Positions 11,030 through 25,200 of a stretch of 64,000 bases of DNA are shown piece by piece. The stretch is from Chiloscyllium plagiosum. Lineage: Eukaryota. The stretch lies in NCBI RefSeq assembly GCF_004010195.1, contig NC_057713.1, positions 102,648,698 through 102,712,697 of the forward strand, in the 5' to 3' direction. The position numbers and the translations under genes were made by a program. The notes beneath the pieces are model-generated. The model did not search any database and was not told where the DNA came from. It saw only the letters and a program-made list of their open reading frames with translations. Position 1 is the stretch's first letter; the number at the start of each line of letters is the position of its first letter.

Positions 11030-11600
11030 TAACGCTGTCCTGCTGATTCTTTACAAGCTGTTATCATACAAATGACAGGAGTAGTGTTTTGAGATTTCCA
11101 CCAACTTTAAATTCCATGGTGTGCTGCACAAGCAATTCATTGCTTTTAAGGTGTTCTGTGCATTATATTGTTAAACTGAGGAGAACAGAGCTATTTTGCT
11201 AATCCCGTGAGATTTAATTATGACAAGTGTTACTGTTCTATAAATGGACATAACAATCCACTTACTGTTTAGATGAACAGTTCCATTCCTTAATCATTGT
11301 TGGAGAATTGAGCCCAATGGATCTGAGACCACAAACAAGGATTGTAGTGAAATTGACAAGTGGTTTATTACACAAAACAATATCACGGAAGATAAATTTA
11401 CAGCATGCATTCTCTGTTCTAGGAAGGAGCTTGGCCATGTCTGGTTTTTACATTAGCCTGTTTGGTCAAGACTGGAGCACTCTGGGTAGTTTCTGTATAT
11501 GTTGGCCGGCTTGATTTCTGTGTTTTACAGGCCAGCTTCTGTGTTTTTTATGTTGTCTTGCTGTGTGTGAGCAGGGTGGCAAATCTTTTTCACCACAATC

Positions 11601-11824
11601 ATTTTTGAGTAAACCCAGCAATGGGGTTCAAAGCCTCCCATTGTCAAACGACCATCAATGAATATGTCACGTAAAAAAATCACATCCAATATGTGTTGCA
11701 GTTGCATCCAATTTTTGAGTAAACCCAGCAATGGGGTTCAAAGCCTCCCATTGTCAAACGACCATCAATGAATATGTCACGTAAACTAACGCATCACATC
11801 CAATATGTGTTGCAGTTGCATCCA
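11601..11824. repeat. Near-perfect tandem duplication of about 110 bp
   Basis: ATTTTTGAGTAAACCCAGCAATGGGG... starts at 11601 and again at 11711. Confidence 0.9.
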
Positions 11825-14800
11825 AAAAAAACCACTCTGGTGGTTGAGTGATTTCATTTTAATAAAGTAGACTCAGTAATACAATGAAACTACTGGATTG
11901 TCTTGAATACTAATTGAGTTTCCTTATAACTATTAATCAATGAAACCTGTCACCTATATGTGAACCTATCACACAGCAGGAGCATTGCCCCTGGCCAGTC
12001 TGAACAAGTCAATGGAATGTATGAAGTGCTGCAAAACAAATTCAACTAAGAATAAAATAGGAGAATCGATAACCTTTGGCATTAGATATTGCTTAATACT
12101 TCTCACTCAGACCTGCATTCTTGTATCTATAGACTGTTCAAATAATGAAATGACAGAGTCATACCTTAAATCAATGTCCCAAGTTTGACTATCACCTTGT
12201 AAGCCTGTACCAAAAATGCAGGCAGTGCCTCCATATACAGATGGAGAGACCAGCGAGGAGTTTTTAACATTAACTCTGAAACCAATGAAATTTCATGTAG
12301 ATATTTTTAAATCAACAAGTTCAGACACGTTTTGACACACCTCTAAAGCAGGTGAGACTTAAAGCCGAAACTCCTGGTCCAGTGATAGGGGCACTACCAC
12401 TGAACAACTTCAGCCTTTAGAAACTCCATCTCTGATATGAACTTTCATGTAAACAGGCAAAGATAAGATGGGTGGGAAACTTCCAGCTGATGATGATATG
12501 CCATCCTCAACTAATTAATCAGTGTTCCTCCACATGAGAAAATACTGGACACTGTTGCGCCCATAATCAAATGGTTCCATAAAGCTCTAAATGCAATACT
12601 GGCATCTACGTGACTGTGTGTACAATTGCTCAAACAGGTCTTCTGCATTAAAATTGTGACAAATCAAATTAGCCAATTACTTCCCCTAACAGTCTGATTG
12701 CAGTTTTCTGAAAAACATTGGAAAGTCCAAATTGACAGTGTTATCAAGCAATATTTTGTGTCTACTTCTGAGACAGGAGCCCTCACATGGTCAATTCTCA
12801 CATGGTCCAGAGGTGAGTCATAATATCTCTGAACAGCTTAATTAACATTGTCCATACAGCAACAACATGTTCAGGGATTTCAACTTGGTTCTACCTGGAC
12901 CGCTCACCTCCAGTCCATATCACAATCTTGGTCCAAATGTATTAAATTAGAGCACAACATCACTTACCTTAAAAGTAAGGAAGCATTTAACCAAATATGG
13001 CATCACAGATCCTCAGTAGAATTGAGGTCAATGAGAAGAGTGGACCATGGTCTCTGCAACAGCCAAAATCATACATAGCACAAAGGAAGAGACCTGGTGT
13101 TGTTAGAAGCCAATCATTCCAGCTCTGAAACATCACCATGGGAGATCATCAGAGTGGTGACCTAGGTTCAAACATCTTCAGTTGCTCCAACAATTCCCAC
13201 CATTATGAGATCAGAAATAAGGATATTTTCTGGATTGCCATGTACATGATTATTCATGATTCATCAGATTTTGAATCTGTCTATGTGTTACTATAGCAGA
13301 ATATGGACAAGCTTCAGGCTTGAGCTGAGAAGTTCACACAGGGCTAAGCAAAGACCGTCTACGACATAAGAGAATTTATCTCATTCCCGTGACATTCAAC
13401 TACATTACCATCATGAAGACCAACACCATCGACATTCTGTGGACTACCATTGACCAGAAAACTGACCAGACAACTATATAAATGCTGTGGTTAAAAGTTA
13501 AGGTTAGATATATTATGGGAAAAAAACCTCAACTCCTCACTTCCTAAACATTGTGTTCCTTTACATATATTCCTGTTCATCTTGATATTATGACAGTTTA
13601 TTCTGAAAGTTTATCCTCTTCTTTATTACCTTCTGGTCATCTTTTGTTGGTTTCTAAAATGTTTGCAATCCTCTGGCTAGCAACTAACTTTTGCCATACT
13701 GTATGCTTTCTCTTTTGATATGATGATATCCTCAATTGCCCTTGTTAACGATGGTTGATGGAAGGATTCCTTCCACAACCCTTTTTCATCATTGGGATAT
13801 ATCTTTATTATAAGACATGAAGAATTTTCTTGAACATCAACTATTGTTTCTCAACTATCTTTGTTGCCAAACTGCTTTTTCCAGTCCACTGCAGTCAGCT
13901 CTGCTCTCACTCATTTCCAATGACATCCATTTAACCCTGACCTGATTTTCAACAAATACCTGAGAGTTTTTCCAAATTTTCACTGACAGAAATTTTATTA
14001 GTGTTACTTCATGCCATACTTGGTCAAAAATATTTTTGATGTCAGAGCAGTCATTGTCATCTCACCTCCAGCATTCAGATTTACTGTTTGGACAAAGCTA
14101 CGATGAGCTCATAGCTGAGTGGTTCTGGTGCAACATTATCTGAGGGTCAATGATCAGACTATTTCTAAGAATATGGTAGTTGATAGCACTGTCGATCACA
14201 TTTTGCTTCATTTTATACATGATCAACAACAAAATTAATGGGGATGATAATTGATTGAATTGGATTTGTCCTGCTTTTTAGGTTTATGACATATCTGGGC
14301 AATTTTCCATATCTTTGGGTAGATGCCAGTATTATAGCTGTACTGGAGCAGTTCAACAAAGTTTGCAGCAAGGTTTTGGAGCAGTGATCTTCAGCACTGT
14401 TTACAGAGTATTGTCAGGGGCTATAGCTCTTGTGTTCAAACATTTCTTGACAATACATGTTGTGGATTAAATGGAGTGAAGCAAAGCAGATTTTTACAAA
14501 TGCCTGAGCCATATCTTTTGCACTGATGTGCTTCTATCCCACCACTGAAGATGGAAATATTTGTGGAACCTACTGCTCCAGAGAATTGTTTAACTGTCCA
14601 CCACAATTCATGACTAGATACATCGGGATTGCACAGCTTAGCTCTGATCTATTGGTTATTAAAGTACTTATGTCTGTTGATCACTTAAGAATATGCTTTT
14701 TGTCAGGAAACAAACCTTACATTGTAGCTTGACAGAGTTGATACCTCTTTTTTTGGTATTCATTGTGCTTTTTTTTCTGGCGTACCCTCCTGCACACTTC

Positions 14801-15651
14801 ACTGAACTGTAGTTTTTCCTAATCTGATGGTAAAGATGCAGTGGTGAATCTGTTGAACTAACTTTCCAAAACCTCCTTGATATGGGAGTAGTGCCAGACA
14901 AATATGACAGTTGTATTTGCATTTAATAAAGTGGAGAAGGATAAATTTGCAGTCACAGGATAGTCAGTCAACCAGAAGTGGTAAACATTTTTAAAGCCAT
15001 TAATCTGACAACAAATTAATTTAACTCTTAAAATCTATAGGCAAGTAATAAATATAAATTGTGTAGTGCAGTTGTTTTTAAAATATGGAAAAGAAAGTAA
15101 ATTATTATAAGGGCATTAGCAGGATAAAATGGCATATGCAAGTGAGCAGAGATCTGAGGAATGGAGTACAATGTGGAAAAGTATGAATTCGTTCATGTTG
15201 GCAGGTGATGAAACAGACCTATATCTGTATTTAAATATTACATACTCCAAGTTTGGGTTCTTGGAATTCTAACTTGAAAAATGTGGGTTTATTTGTATTT
15301 TGGAGTTAGCAATTAACTGTAAAACTAAATAGACACAGTTCCAAGTGAGAGTAAGTTACTCAGGCTCAATGGGGAACCAAACAGGGGGCTTGGAGGAAGA
15401 ACGTTTGAGACTTGGACTTTTAATTTTAGCGTGAACTGCGAAGTCATTTGTGAGAAAAGCCTGCATCATGCTCTGAAGTGAGCACAAATCATTTCATGGA
15501 CTAAAATGTACTCAGCAGCATTCCTAAGAAAAGGAGTTCAAAGTTACATCATTATCTTAGGATAAGAGTTATCATTAATCTAGACCAACATATTCATATA
15601 CACTTAATGGAAAACAAGGGACATTAAGTCTTTGAAGTCTTTTTATAAAGG

Positions 15652-15870
15652 AAGTTAAAAATCACACAAGACCAGATAATAGTCCAACAGGTTTATTTCA
15701 AAATACAAGCTTTTGGAGCGCTGTTCCTTTGTCAGCTAGCGAGTTCATCAGGTGACTAGCTACCTGACGAAGGAGCAGCACTCCAAAAGCTTGTACTTTG
15801 AAATTGACCTGTTGGACTATAACCTGGTGTTATATGATTTTTCATTTGTCCACCCCAGTCCAACACTTGG
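15652..15870. mobile_element. Penelope-type inverted terminal-repeat relic
   Basis: Same family as 4328-4800, more diverged, with a mutated hammerhead core. Confidence 0.7.
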
Positions 15871-16535
15871 TTTCGTTCTCGGCTACCTTCATACTATATT
15901 TCGAGGGTGTCTGGTCTGGTCCATAACTTCCCCATTGTAGGAAAATCCAGAAATAGGGAATGCTTAAACATAATGGGTCAGTAATTTGGGATAGAAGTGA
16001 GGTGACCTTTTTTCTCACATGGGATCATTAGTCTTTGGTACACTTTTCCTCAAATGTTGGTGAAACTAGAGTCTTTGAATATTTTGAACGTAGAGATTGA
16101 TGGATTTTTCATAAGCACAGTGGTGAAAGGTTGTTGGATAATGAGTAGCAACCAGATGAGACTAAATGCTAAATATGTCACAGAACAAAAATAATTGGTC
16201 ATGGTTGTAGTAATGAAACAACACATTTGTCCACAGTTAACATGAATAATAGAACAATGAACAGCTGTCTCTAAAATGAACACAGGAAAAACAATTATCA
16301 GACTGACACATGGAATTAAATCTGAACCAAAACTGGAAATGGAGTTCTGAAATTGTTGAAATCAATACTGAGTCCAGAAGGCTGTAAAGTGCCCAATAGT
16401 AAAATAAAGTGTTGGTGTTTGAACTTGCATTGAATTTCAAATAAATATGCAACAGGTGAAGCTCAGAATTGTGAGCAAATTGCTGAACTAAAATGGCGAG
16501 CAGCCAGGACTATGTATTTTCAAATTCTGAGGCAG

Positions 16536-17905
16536 TTATAGACCAGTGAGCCTTGCGTCTGTTGTAGGAAAGGTTTTGGAAAGGCTTATAAGAGATAGGC
16601 TTTATAATCATCTAGCAAGCAACAATTTGATTGGAGACAGTCAACATGACTTTGCCAAGGGCAAGTCATGTCTCACAGACCTCATTGAGTTTTTTGAGAA
16701 GGTGACTAAGCATGTGGATGAAGGTAGGGCAGTTGACGTGGTATACATAGACTTCAGTAAAGCCTTTGATAAGATTCCATATGGTAAGCATTTGGAGAAA
16801 ATGTGGAGGCATGGGATTGAGGGTGATTTAGCAGTTTGGATTAGAAACTAGCTTTCTGTAAGAATGCAGCGAGTCATGGTTGATGGAAAATATTCAGCCT
16901 GGAGTCTAGTTGCTAGTAGTGTGCCACAAGGATCTGTTTTGGGACCACTGCTGTTTGTCCTTTTTATAAATAACTTGGACGCAGGCATAGATGGATGTGT
17001 TTGTTAGTTTGCAGATGACACTAAAGTCGATGGAGTGGTGGACAGTGTGGAAGAATGTTGCAGGTTGCAGGGGGACTTGGATAAACTTCAGAACTGGGCT
17101 GAGAGGTGGCAAATGGAGTTCAATGCAGCTAAATGTGAGGTGATTCACCATGGTAATAATAATAGGAAGGGAGAATACTGAGTCAATGGAAATATTCTTG
17201 GTAGTGTGGATGTGTAGAGGGATTTTGGTGTCCATGTACATAGATCTCTAAAAGTTCCCACCAGATTGATAGTGCTGTTAAGAAGGCATACCACGTGTTA
17301 GGTTTTATTGATAGAGGGATTGAATTCTGGAGCCATGATGTCATGGTGAAACTACACAAAACACTAGTGCAACCTCACTTGGAATATTGTATACAGTTCT
17401 GGTTGCCCCATTACAGGAAGGATGTGGAAGCATTGGAAAAGGTGCAGAGGAGATTTACCAGGATGTTGCTTGGTCTGGAGGGAAGGTCTTATGAGGAATG
17501 GCTGAGGGACTTGAGTCTGTTCTCATTGGAGAGAAGAAGGCTGGAGGGTGTTTAATAGAGACATATAAGTTGATCAGAGGATTAGATCGGGTGGACAATG
17601 AGAGTCTTTTTCCTAGGATGATGATGTTGGCTTGTACAAGGGGGCATAGCTGCAAATTGAGGGGTAATAGATTTAAGACAGATGTCAGAGGTCGGTTCTT
17701 TACTCAGAGCATGGTAATGGTGTGGAATGTCCTGTCTGCCAATGTAGTTAACTCAGCCACATTAGGGCATTTAAGCAGTCCTTGGATAAGCATATGGATA
17801 ATGATGGGAAAGTGTAGGGAGATGGGCTTAGATCAGTTCACAGGTCAGCACAGCATTGAGGGTCAAAGGGCCTGTTCTGTGCTGTATTGTTCTATGTTCT
17901 GTATG
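16536..17905 (+). mobile_element. 5'-truncated CR1 LINE
   Basis: YRPVSLASVVGKVLE, IDFSKAFDKIP, FADDTKV and HLEYCIQFW motifs, TTCTATG-type tail. Confidence 0.9.
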
Positions 17906-18489
17906 ATGGCTTTCAGTGTTTGCAGTTTGAGGTACACACAAAGATTGAGGGTATTTTCAGCTCGAGGTTCTGGCAGAATTTGGGACAAAGCAGAGAAATC
18001 TTTTTCCACCTGTCCAATAGTCACTTAAATAGGAAAGGTAGGTTTGAGGGTCCTTGTGTTGCAATGGCAGTGCCCCTACATCTGCACCAGGAGATCTGGG
18101 TTCAATCCTGTTTGCTCCAGAGGTGGATGATAACATCTCAGAACAAGTGGATGAGAAAATAAGAAAACGTAGATCTGCAATGCTATTTTCAATTGATCCG
18201 TTGGAAGGAGACAAGGAAACATAGCAAAACATAAAACAGAAACGTCTCGAGCAAAAGTAGAAAGCACTTACACAATGATTGATTAACACTTCCAATGGAG
18301 ACAGGGCAATGTAGTTTAGGTGACGAGCGGACTGAAGTGAAACTATCAACAAACGGATGAAAACACTCACCCATTCAATGGAAGGTCATCCTTGAGGCCA
18401 CAGGAAGATTCAGCATTGGGTAAAACTGATTGACATAATTTCCGGATTTCTATTGGCCCCTTGAGCATATCTAAAACAATTCCATGTTG

Positions 18490-18856
18490 ACTACATCATC
18501 ATAAATTGCAATTTTACTAACCACTTTCTGTCAGTACAGCAGGCTCCAACTGATCATTTCCACTGTTCAATATTTTGCATTCGCAAATAACCTGATCTGT
18601 AATCTTTTTCACCGACAGGGAGATCTGTTGCTCAAACCTTGACTCAATCTCCGATCTAAATGACCAGAGCTCCAAGGAAGGATGTACGGTTTGAATGTAA
18701 GTTTGACGGGAGCGATTTCGACAATGCGATTTTCCATTGTACTGGCAGATCTTGGGTCAAAGATGTTATGTTTCAAGAATCCGTCTGACATTCAACAAGA
18801 TATCGCTGACAAAATAGTATTCGCTGTAGAAAATTTGGAGACAAAAATGTGCAGCT
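18490..18856 (+). pseudogene. TRGV: TRGV family D pseudogene, 3'-truncated
   Basis: Damaged leader at about 18490-18535, acceptor at 18618, RSVAQTLTQSPI* early stop, frameshifts. Homology to V-D ends at about 18856, before YYC and the RSS. Upstream 17905-18600 aligns to 59240-60180. Confidence 0.85.
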
Positions 18857-21800
18857 GACCGCCATTCTCGCACGTCCTCAGTTTTTATCACGATCACCGG
18901 AAGAATTCCAGCGTTATAGCCATTTGACCACCTCGGGCCAGCAAAAGGAGTCAGGCCATAAAGGATTAACCCCCTATGAATAAGATGGCACTTGAGCACA
19001 AACCCAACAATCAGTTTCTTTCCCCGTCATTTGGCCACTCTGATAAGCCAAATTCAAAAAGGCATTATGATGTGTAGATCGTTTTAGTCGCCTTCCCAGG
19101 GACAAAGAGGTGTCAGCCTGAAATTCTTCCATCCTCGAAGTGAAACCCCCCCAAAGTCACCAGTATCCACTGCATTTTTCCCCCTTAATCCTTGTCTGTC
19201 CCTTCATTGACTCATTTACAGTCAGTTCTATGAATCCAATGAAGTTGTCCTTGCACTTTTACAATGGCAGAGGTGGTCAGCTACACCTGAAATGGTCCTT
19301 TCCACCTTGACCCCAACTTTCCCCAGTCCTGCAGCTATTTTCCCACTTTTTCACCACTACTGTAACAGTATAATCAGTCATTGGTATGGCTTTGATCCAT
19401 CTACTAAATACATCTACTATTACTAGACAATATTTATAATAATGTGCTTAAGGTAATTCAGTAAAATCAAGCTGAAGACCAGCAAAAGGCCGACCATGCA
19501 AAGGGATGGTTCCAGAACATAGGACATCCGTTTTACAGCATTTGACTTTTTACATATCAAACATGCTTCAGCTCTTTTCTTAGCTGCTTTCTGGAAATCC
19601 GGGTCCCATCAGGTTTGTAATAAAGTATTAACCATTCCCTCCTTGCCCAAGTGTATACAATTATGCACATAATAAATTAAGATAGGTCAGAGCAAAGAAG
19701 GAACAAAAACTTGTCATGCAGGGCTAACCTACAGCTTGAGGAGAAAGTGAGGTCTGCAGATGCTGGAGATCAGAGCTGGAAATGTGTTGCTGGAAAAGCG
19801 CAGCAGGTCAGGCAGCATCCAGGGAACAGGAGAATCGACGTTTCGGGCATAAGCCCTTCTTCAGGGCTTCTTCAGCCCTTCTTCTCCCTTCCTGAAGAAG
19901 GGCTTATGCCCGAAACGTCGATTCTCCTGTTCCCTGGATGCTGCCTAACCTACAGCTTGGTTTGAGTATTGAGGGAGCACCCCATTTGAGTCCATAGTTT
20001 GTGCTCTTCAGCAGGGGCTTTTCCCGTGTAATTTCTGTATCTCCCCCAAGTCTCCCATACCCGTCCTTATACTGTGTCTAACGGAATTTTGATGGGAACC
20101 CAATGAGACTAGAAGTTTGTGGAGGGGGTAAGGCTACCTGCTTGGCAGCAGCGTTTACCCTCTCATTCCTTTGGAGACTATGTCAGTTGCGCCAGTGTGA
20201 GCCAAATATTTGATAACTGCCAGACTGGTTGGACAAAAACAGCATGACTAATAGGCTGTCACTTGGAAGTTAAAAAATCCCCTGTGTTAGCACAAAGCTC
20301 CTTAATTGTGGATATGCCAAAAGCATACTGAGAGTCAGTATATATATTTACTGATTTTTCCTTATGCAAGCATGTCGACGCCTGCAGTAGTTCCAAGGTA
20401 ACAAAAAGGACTCTTCGCTCTACAGTGGCCATATCATCCACGGTAAAAATGAGGGTCTGCAGTGTGTCCCTGAGATTTCATTGTCTTGTTCCGAGTCCCA
20501 AAGTACAGGGCCTGCCTGTCCCCATTTCTAAGGTCTCTTCAGAAAAGGGTTACTCAGCAGTGGTCAGTGGGTGGGCATCTGAGTGTGGTTCCATCCCCAC
20601 TGGGTATCCTGCTCCCAATCAACCTCATCAGGGTTGACACATGGGGTAGATGGATTGCAAAGTCGCTGGACATATTTGGTCTTTACCTGTAACATGGATG
20701 GATCATGGTTTGGGTTCATTCAGGCCTTCCCATTAGAACCCAGCACTCCCCTCATTGCCAACTGGGAATTGTTTTTGGATCAGTTTATATTGTTTGTCCG
20801 GATTATGTCAGTGACACCAGAAGGAATACATTGCAAAAGCATAGAGTTAAACAAAGGTGAGTTAGCTTCTCGATTAAAGGCTTGATCACCTACACATGTT
20901 CCATAACAGGCAACAAACTGCTTCCACTAATCACCTCCTGACTTCCCAGGTTTGGGTTTGAATTCCAGTACATCACTAATGTTTACAGGCTGTTGTAAGG
21001 CTCGTTCTAATGACTGGATTAAGTAGTCTGCCTGGGCATCATTGTTGGGGAATCTCTTCTTCAAGTCCTTGTAACTGCAGACAGGCCCTGCAACCACCCT
21101 GGCCCATCTATCCTTGCCACTTGGTGACTTCTTCAGGGCACAAGATCATATAGCAAAGAGCAAGCAAGTCTCAAAGAGTGGCATTATATATCTGTATTGT
21201 CCTTCGGACAGATTGAGCATTTTGGTCTGGTTTCCCCTTGCGGTCAGGGACTTGGTTCATTAACAGTATTGTTTTCCAGGAAGGTCCTTGTTTGAGGATG
21301 GTCCAGGCTGCTCATCACATGATGTTGGCTGTTTAAGCCAGTGATCGACACTGGACCTTTCATCTTCAGAGTAAGGGGTAGGTTTAGAATCAGGAGATGT
21401 TCAGGGCTCAGCAGGTATCCTGGGATAAAATCCCCATTCCTCATCCCTATCACTGTCATCCCCATCCTCAAATAGTGTTGGTATGCCAGACGTAGGATCA
21501 GGATCCCGAGTAGAGCTTAGGTTCATTTTACAGTGCTGTTGCGTCAACCTTTTTTGTTTTATCTTCCTCAGCCTTAGTGTTCTTACAGTGTATTTCCTGT
21601 TCCCTTTTTTGCCTCCCATCTATCCATTCACATTCAGTTTTAACATCTCTCAGCTTTGGGAGTTCCATCTGTCGAATATAACTCTATCCCCCTATCACAT
21701 GCATTATTCCTCCACTGGCCAGAAAGGTACCTTCCCATTTAATATTGGTTTTATCCTTCCATTCTTTAATTAATAATTTACCCAATTTCTCACAATTTTC

Positions 21801-22250
21801 TTTCAAATTAGGTTTACCGCCTGTTCACAAGAGATCACTCCCAGGCCCCTAGTTTCCTGACGAAATCAGAGGGTACAGAATCAAGACTTCAATGTTATAT
21901 ACATAATTTAATAAAGTGTTTAAATAATAACTTTACAGTCATTAGTAACATCTCTAGCACTTCCATTTTAATTTTCTAAATTTTCAAAAATTATCGTTCT
22001 GTCCTAAAATTTTCAGTGCACCCACTGCATCTACTGTTTTAGCTGCTGATCCGTTTTGTTCATGCCCAGTGTTGCAATTTCCCCAAGAGTGACCTTTCTT
22101 TTGCAAACTTTGCTTTCAATTCTTTAAAATTTCCTTTTTTGCCCTGTCATTAATGCATTTAATGTAAATATTCAAGAGAATTCATGCGTCCTTACTATCC
22201 GGAAATAGCTGAGTAATCAAGAGAACTTCATTAAAAACTCCAACAATTAG
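18857..22250 (-). mobile_element. Internally deleted endogenous retrovirus remnant (gag-like, RNase H, integrase). Outer boundaries approximate.
   Basis: Minus strand: RNase H KSVNIYTDSQYAFG (20259-20441), integrase GRPFAGLQLDFTELP*AHYYKYCLVIVDVFSRWIKAIP (about 19380-19500) and SRWKGPFQV*LTT (about 19270-19310). Confidence 0.78.
19739..19944. mobile_element. Penelope-type inverted repeat inserted in the ERV
   Basis: TSD CTAACCTACAGCTTG at 19724-19738 and 19945-19959. CTGAAGA-stem-GAAACGTC at 19892-19919. Confidence 0.8.
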
Positions 22251-25200
22251 ACTTTTATACTCTTAAGCAAGGTTAAGAGTAACATATAACACAAAATCAG
22301 AATGGCTACAGCACAGAAGGTTATTGAACCAATTGTTTCAGTGCCAGTTCTTTGCATGAGGAGCACAGCAAGTCTTGCTCTCCCTTAATATTTCTTCTCT
22401 TGCTCTGCTTCCTACACTTTCCCTCAATTTACCTTTGTTTCTATTGCCAATTACACTTGCATTACTCAATTTGTTTTAAGAGATGTTCCAGGTGAAAATT
22501 AATCATTACAACCATGCTTCAAATTAACCATGAGGCAATGACACAGATCACTGACAATGTATAAAGGTATAAAAGCCAACTGATCTTGCCAATTAATTCT
22601 GATTTGATCATTCAGGACTAATACAAATGGTTTAAAATATATTGACTAACATAACCATATTCTCTAATTGAGAGATTGAAACTGAACAAGTGGCTAAGGC
22701 ATTTCACTGTTAATTAATAAGAACAAACAGATTTTAATGTCACAAAATGATTCAAATCTGCCTAGGGTTGTATACAGAAAATTGTATCAGGATTGTCCTA
22801 TTATGTGCATACTAACCAACATTTAATCTTTGTTAAAATAAATCAAATTCCACTCAGCTATTAAATTACATGTTCTGCTTGCATTCTGAACTGCTGCAGG
22901 TCTGATTTAAACTACCGGCACTCCAATTTAACCTTCATTAATTCCACAGATTTTAAAATGCACCAAACCCAGAAATACAAATTAATATGGTCAAGCCCAT
23001 ATAGGAAATTAATACTTTCATGTCTATGAGCATAAACATGCCAGTTTAGAACCATAGAGATAATCAATTTATCATGCCTGTTTTTACATTCACAAAAATA
23101 GGACAAACTCAGAACTGAATAAAATGTCATTTACAGCATAATTTTATCTCCAACTAACCAAGTGACTAAACAGATAATGTTTAGAATTATCATGTCAATT
23201 TGTCAATTCCAATAATGCTATTGTATAGATATACCAATAAAATGTAAATGACTGCTTCTCTGGCTAGCATAATCATCTTCATTAAATATTCTGGGTGAAA
23301 GGTTATTGATGGTAGACTGGAATATGGAGTAACTAGATCATCCATGATCTTATTGAATGGTGTAGCAGACTTGGTCATCTTTGTAAGTGTGTGTATCTAA
23401 TCAAGTGGTGTCTTTGACTTATTGGAGCAGCTTGACATGACAAATGGTGTTAGTATTCTCTCTATGGATTTCCAAAAGTCATTTGATAAGGAATCACAAC
23501 AGATTTGTTGTCAGCATTGGAAACCATGGAATTAAACTGACAGTGGCTGTATTGACAATAAATTGTCTATATGTCAGAAAGCAGGAAATAACGGTGAATA
23601 TATGTTATTTTCCTCAGTCCACTGAATTATAGAATGACTATGGTATAGCAAGGAGCTATTCAACCTGCTAGTAATCTGGAAGAAAAATTTATTTAGAGCA
23701 ACTATAACACATTTTGTCTTTTCCCCTGCAGTTTTTCAACTTCAGAAAATTATCCAATCATGAGAAATAAAAACAACAAATGCTTGTAATACTCAATGGG
23801 TCTGGCATCACCTGTGGATACAGAAACAGAACTATTGTTTTAATTTAAACCTTTTGCTTCTTCTCAACTTCATGTTTAATGCCACTGAAAAGAGGGAAGA
23901 GAGGGAACAAAGGAAAAAGAAAAGGAAGGTCTGGGATTGGGTCGATGTCAGAAGAGACTAAATGCCAATGGTGTCACTGAACAAGAGGCAAAAAGATGGG
24001 TCATGGTTTTCATAATGAAACAAAACATTCATCCACACTTAGCATGGAAAGTAGAATAATGCACAGCTCTCTCCAAAGATAAACACAGGAAAAACCTTTA
24101 TCAGACTGATACTTGCAATTAAATCTGAACCAAAACTGGGAACAGCTCTGAAATTGTTCAAGTTTATATTGAGTCCAGAAGGTTGTAAAGTGCCTAATAG
24201 AAAAATGGGGTGTTAGACTTTGAGCTTGTATTGAATTTCAATTGAGCACACAACAGGTCAAGTTCAGAATTGCAAGCAAGAAAGCAAGGTACAGACTTAA
24301 AAGAGCAAGCAACCAGAAGTATGTATTTTCAAATTATGAGACTGGAAGAAAGTGTGCAAGTTTTCCACCAGGATTCATCATTTAATAGGTGTAATTTACA
24401 CAAGGGGTTGGTAGGATAAGTTGAGAAGATTGTTTTGTTTAAGGGTCACAGAATCCAACAGCAAAAGATTTGTGCAAAATCTTTAAAAATAACAACTTAA
24501 ACCCAAGGTCATGACATGCAACACCAGGGGACATTTTAGGGTACATTTGCTAGATTGCAGACATCTGTTAAGTGACAAGGTCAGCTGTCTAAACAGTGGA
24601 CCATAAACAAGCATCACCAACAAATTTCCCATCAAGTAGCATTGAGAATAATGGGATTAATTAAGATGCACAGAATGAAAAGCAGAAATGGTGTGCTAGA
24701 ATTACATAGATTATTGAATAGGCCTCAACCAAGATTATTATAGCCATATCAAGGTACAAGCTTTTAGGAAAATGCCACATCTTTATACCAGTGGTGTGAT
24801 GGAGATTGGATAGGGATTTTCAGTTCTAGGGTGAAGTTGAGTTGTAATGTTTTCTTCTTTCAATTGGAGAAGTTAAAGAAAAATGTAATGCAGGTGTTTG
24901 GTGGTCGTGCATAGTTTTACTAGAGTAAATACAAAGGCAATGTTTCCACTGGCAGTTGAGTTTATTTTTTAACCAAAAGAAACAGAATGTAAATAATTGG
25001 TAAAGAAAACGATGAGACATAAATAGTTTGCAGAGCAAGATTTTTATGCTGTAGAATGTAGTCAGAGAGGGAATGGGTGTTAATTCAATTGGGTTAGATA
25101 AATGATTCAAGACAAAATAGGTTTGTAGAGACATGATAGAACAATGGAGGATGTGTCTAGTCTGATGGTTCTTTCAAATGGCTGTGGCTGAACAGCATAG

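Larger units (their letters stand above)
1..13540 (+). repeat. Segmental duplication unit 1, paralogous to about 33118-63430
   Basis: Colinear blocks: 1-1400/33118-34520, 1450-2470/34750-36070, 2460-2630/47883-48045, 3650-4330/51280-52350, 4800-4975/52340-52510, 8200-9705/57240-58730, 9705-11200/60155-60700, 12280-12910/60880-61455, 12930-13540/62825-63430. Confidence 0.88.

Noticed and set aside
16170-24345. Similarity between about 16170-16530 and about 23990-24345
   Set aside because: Looks like two copies of an old dispersed repeat. No V-related sequence is linked, so I did not call it a further cassette duplication.
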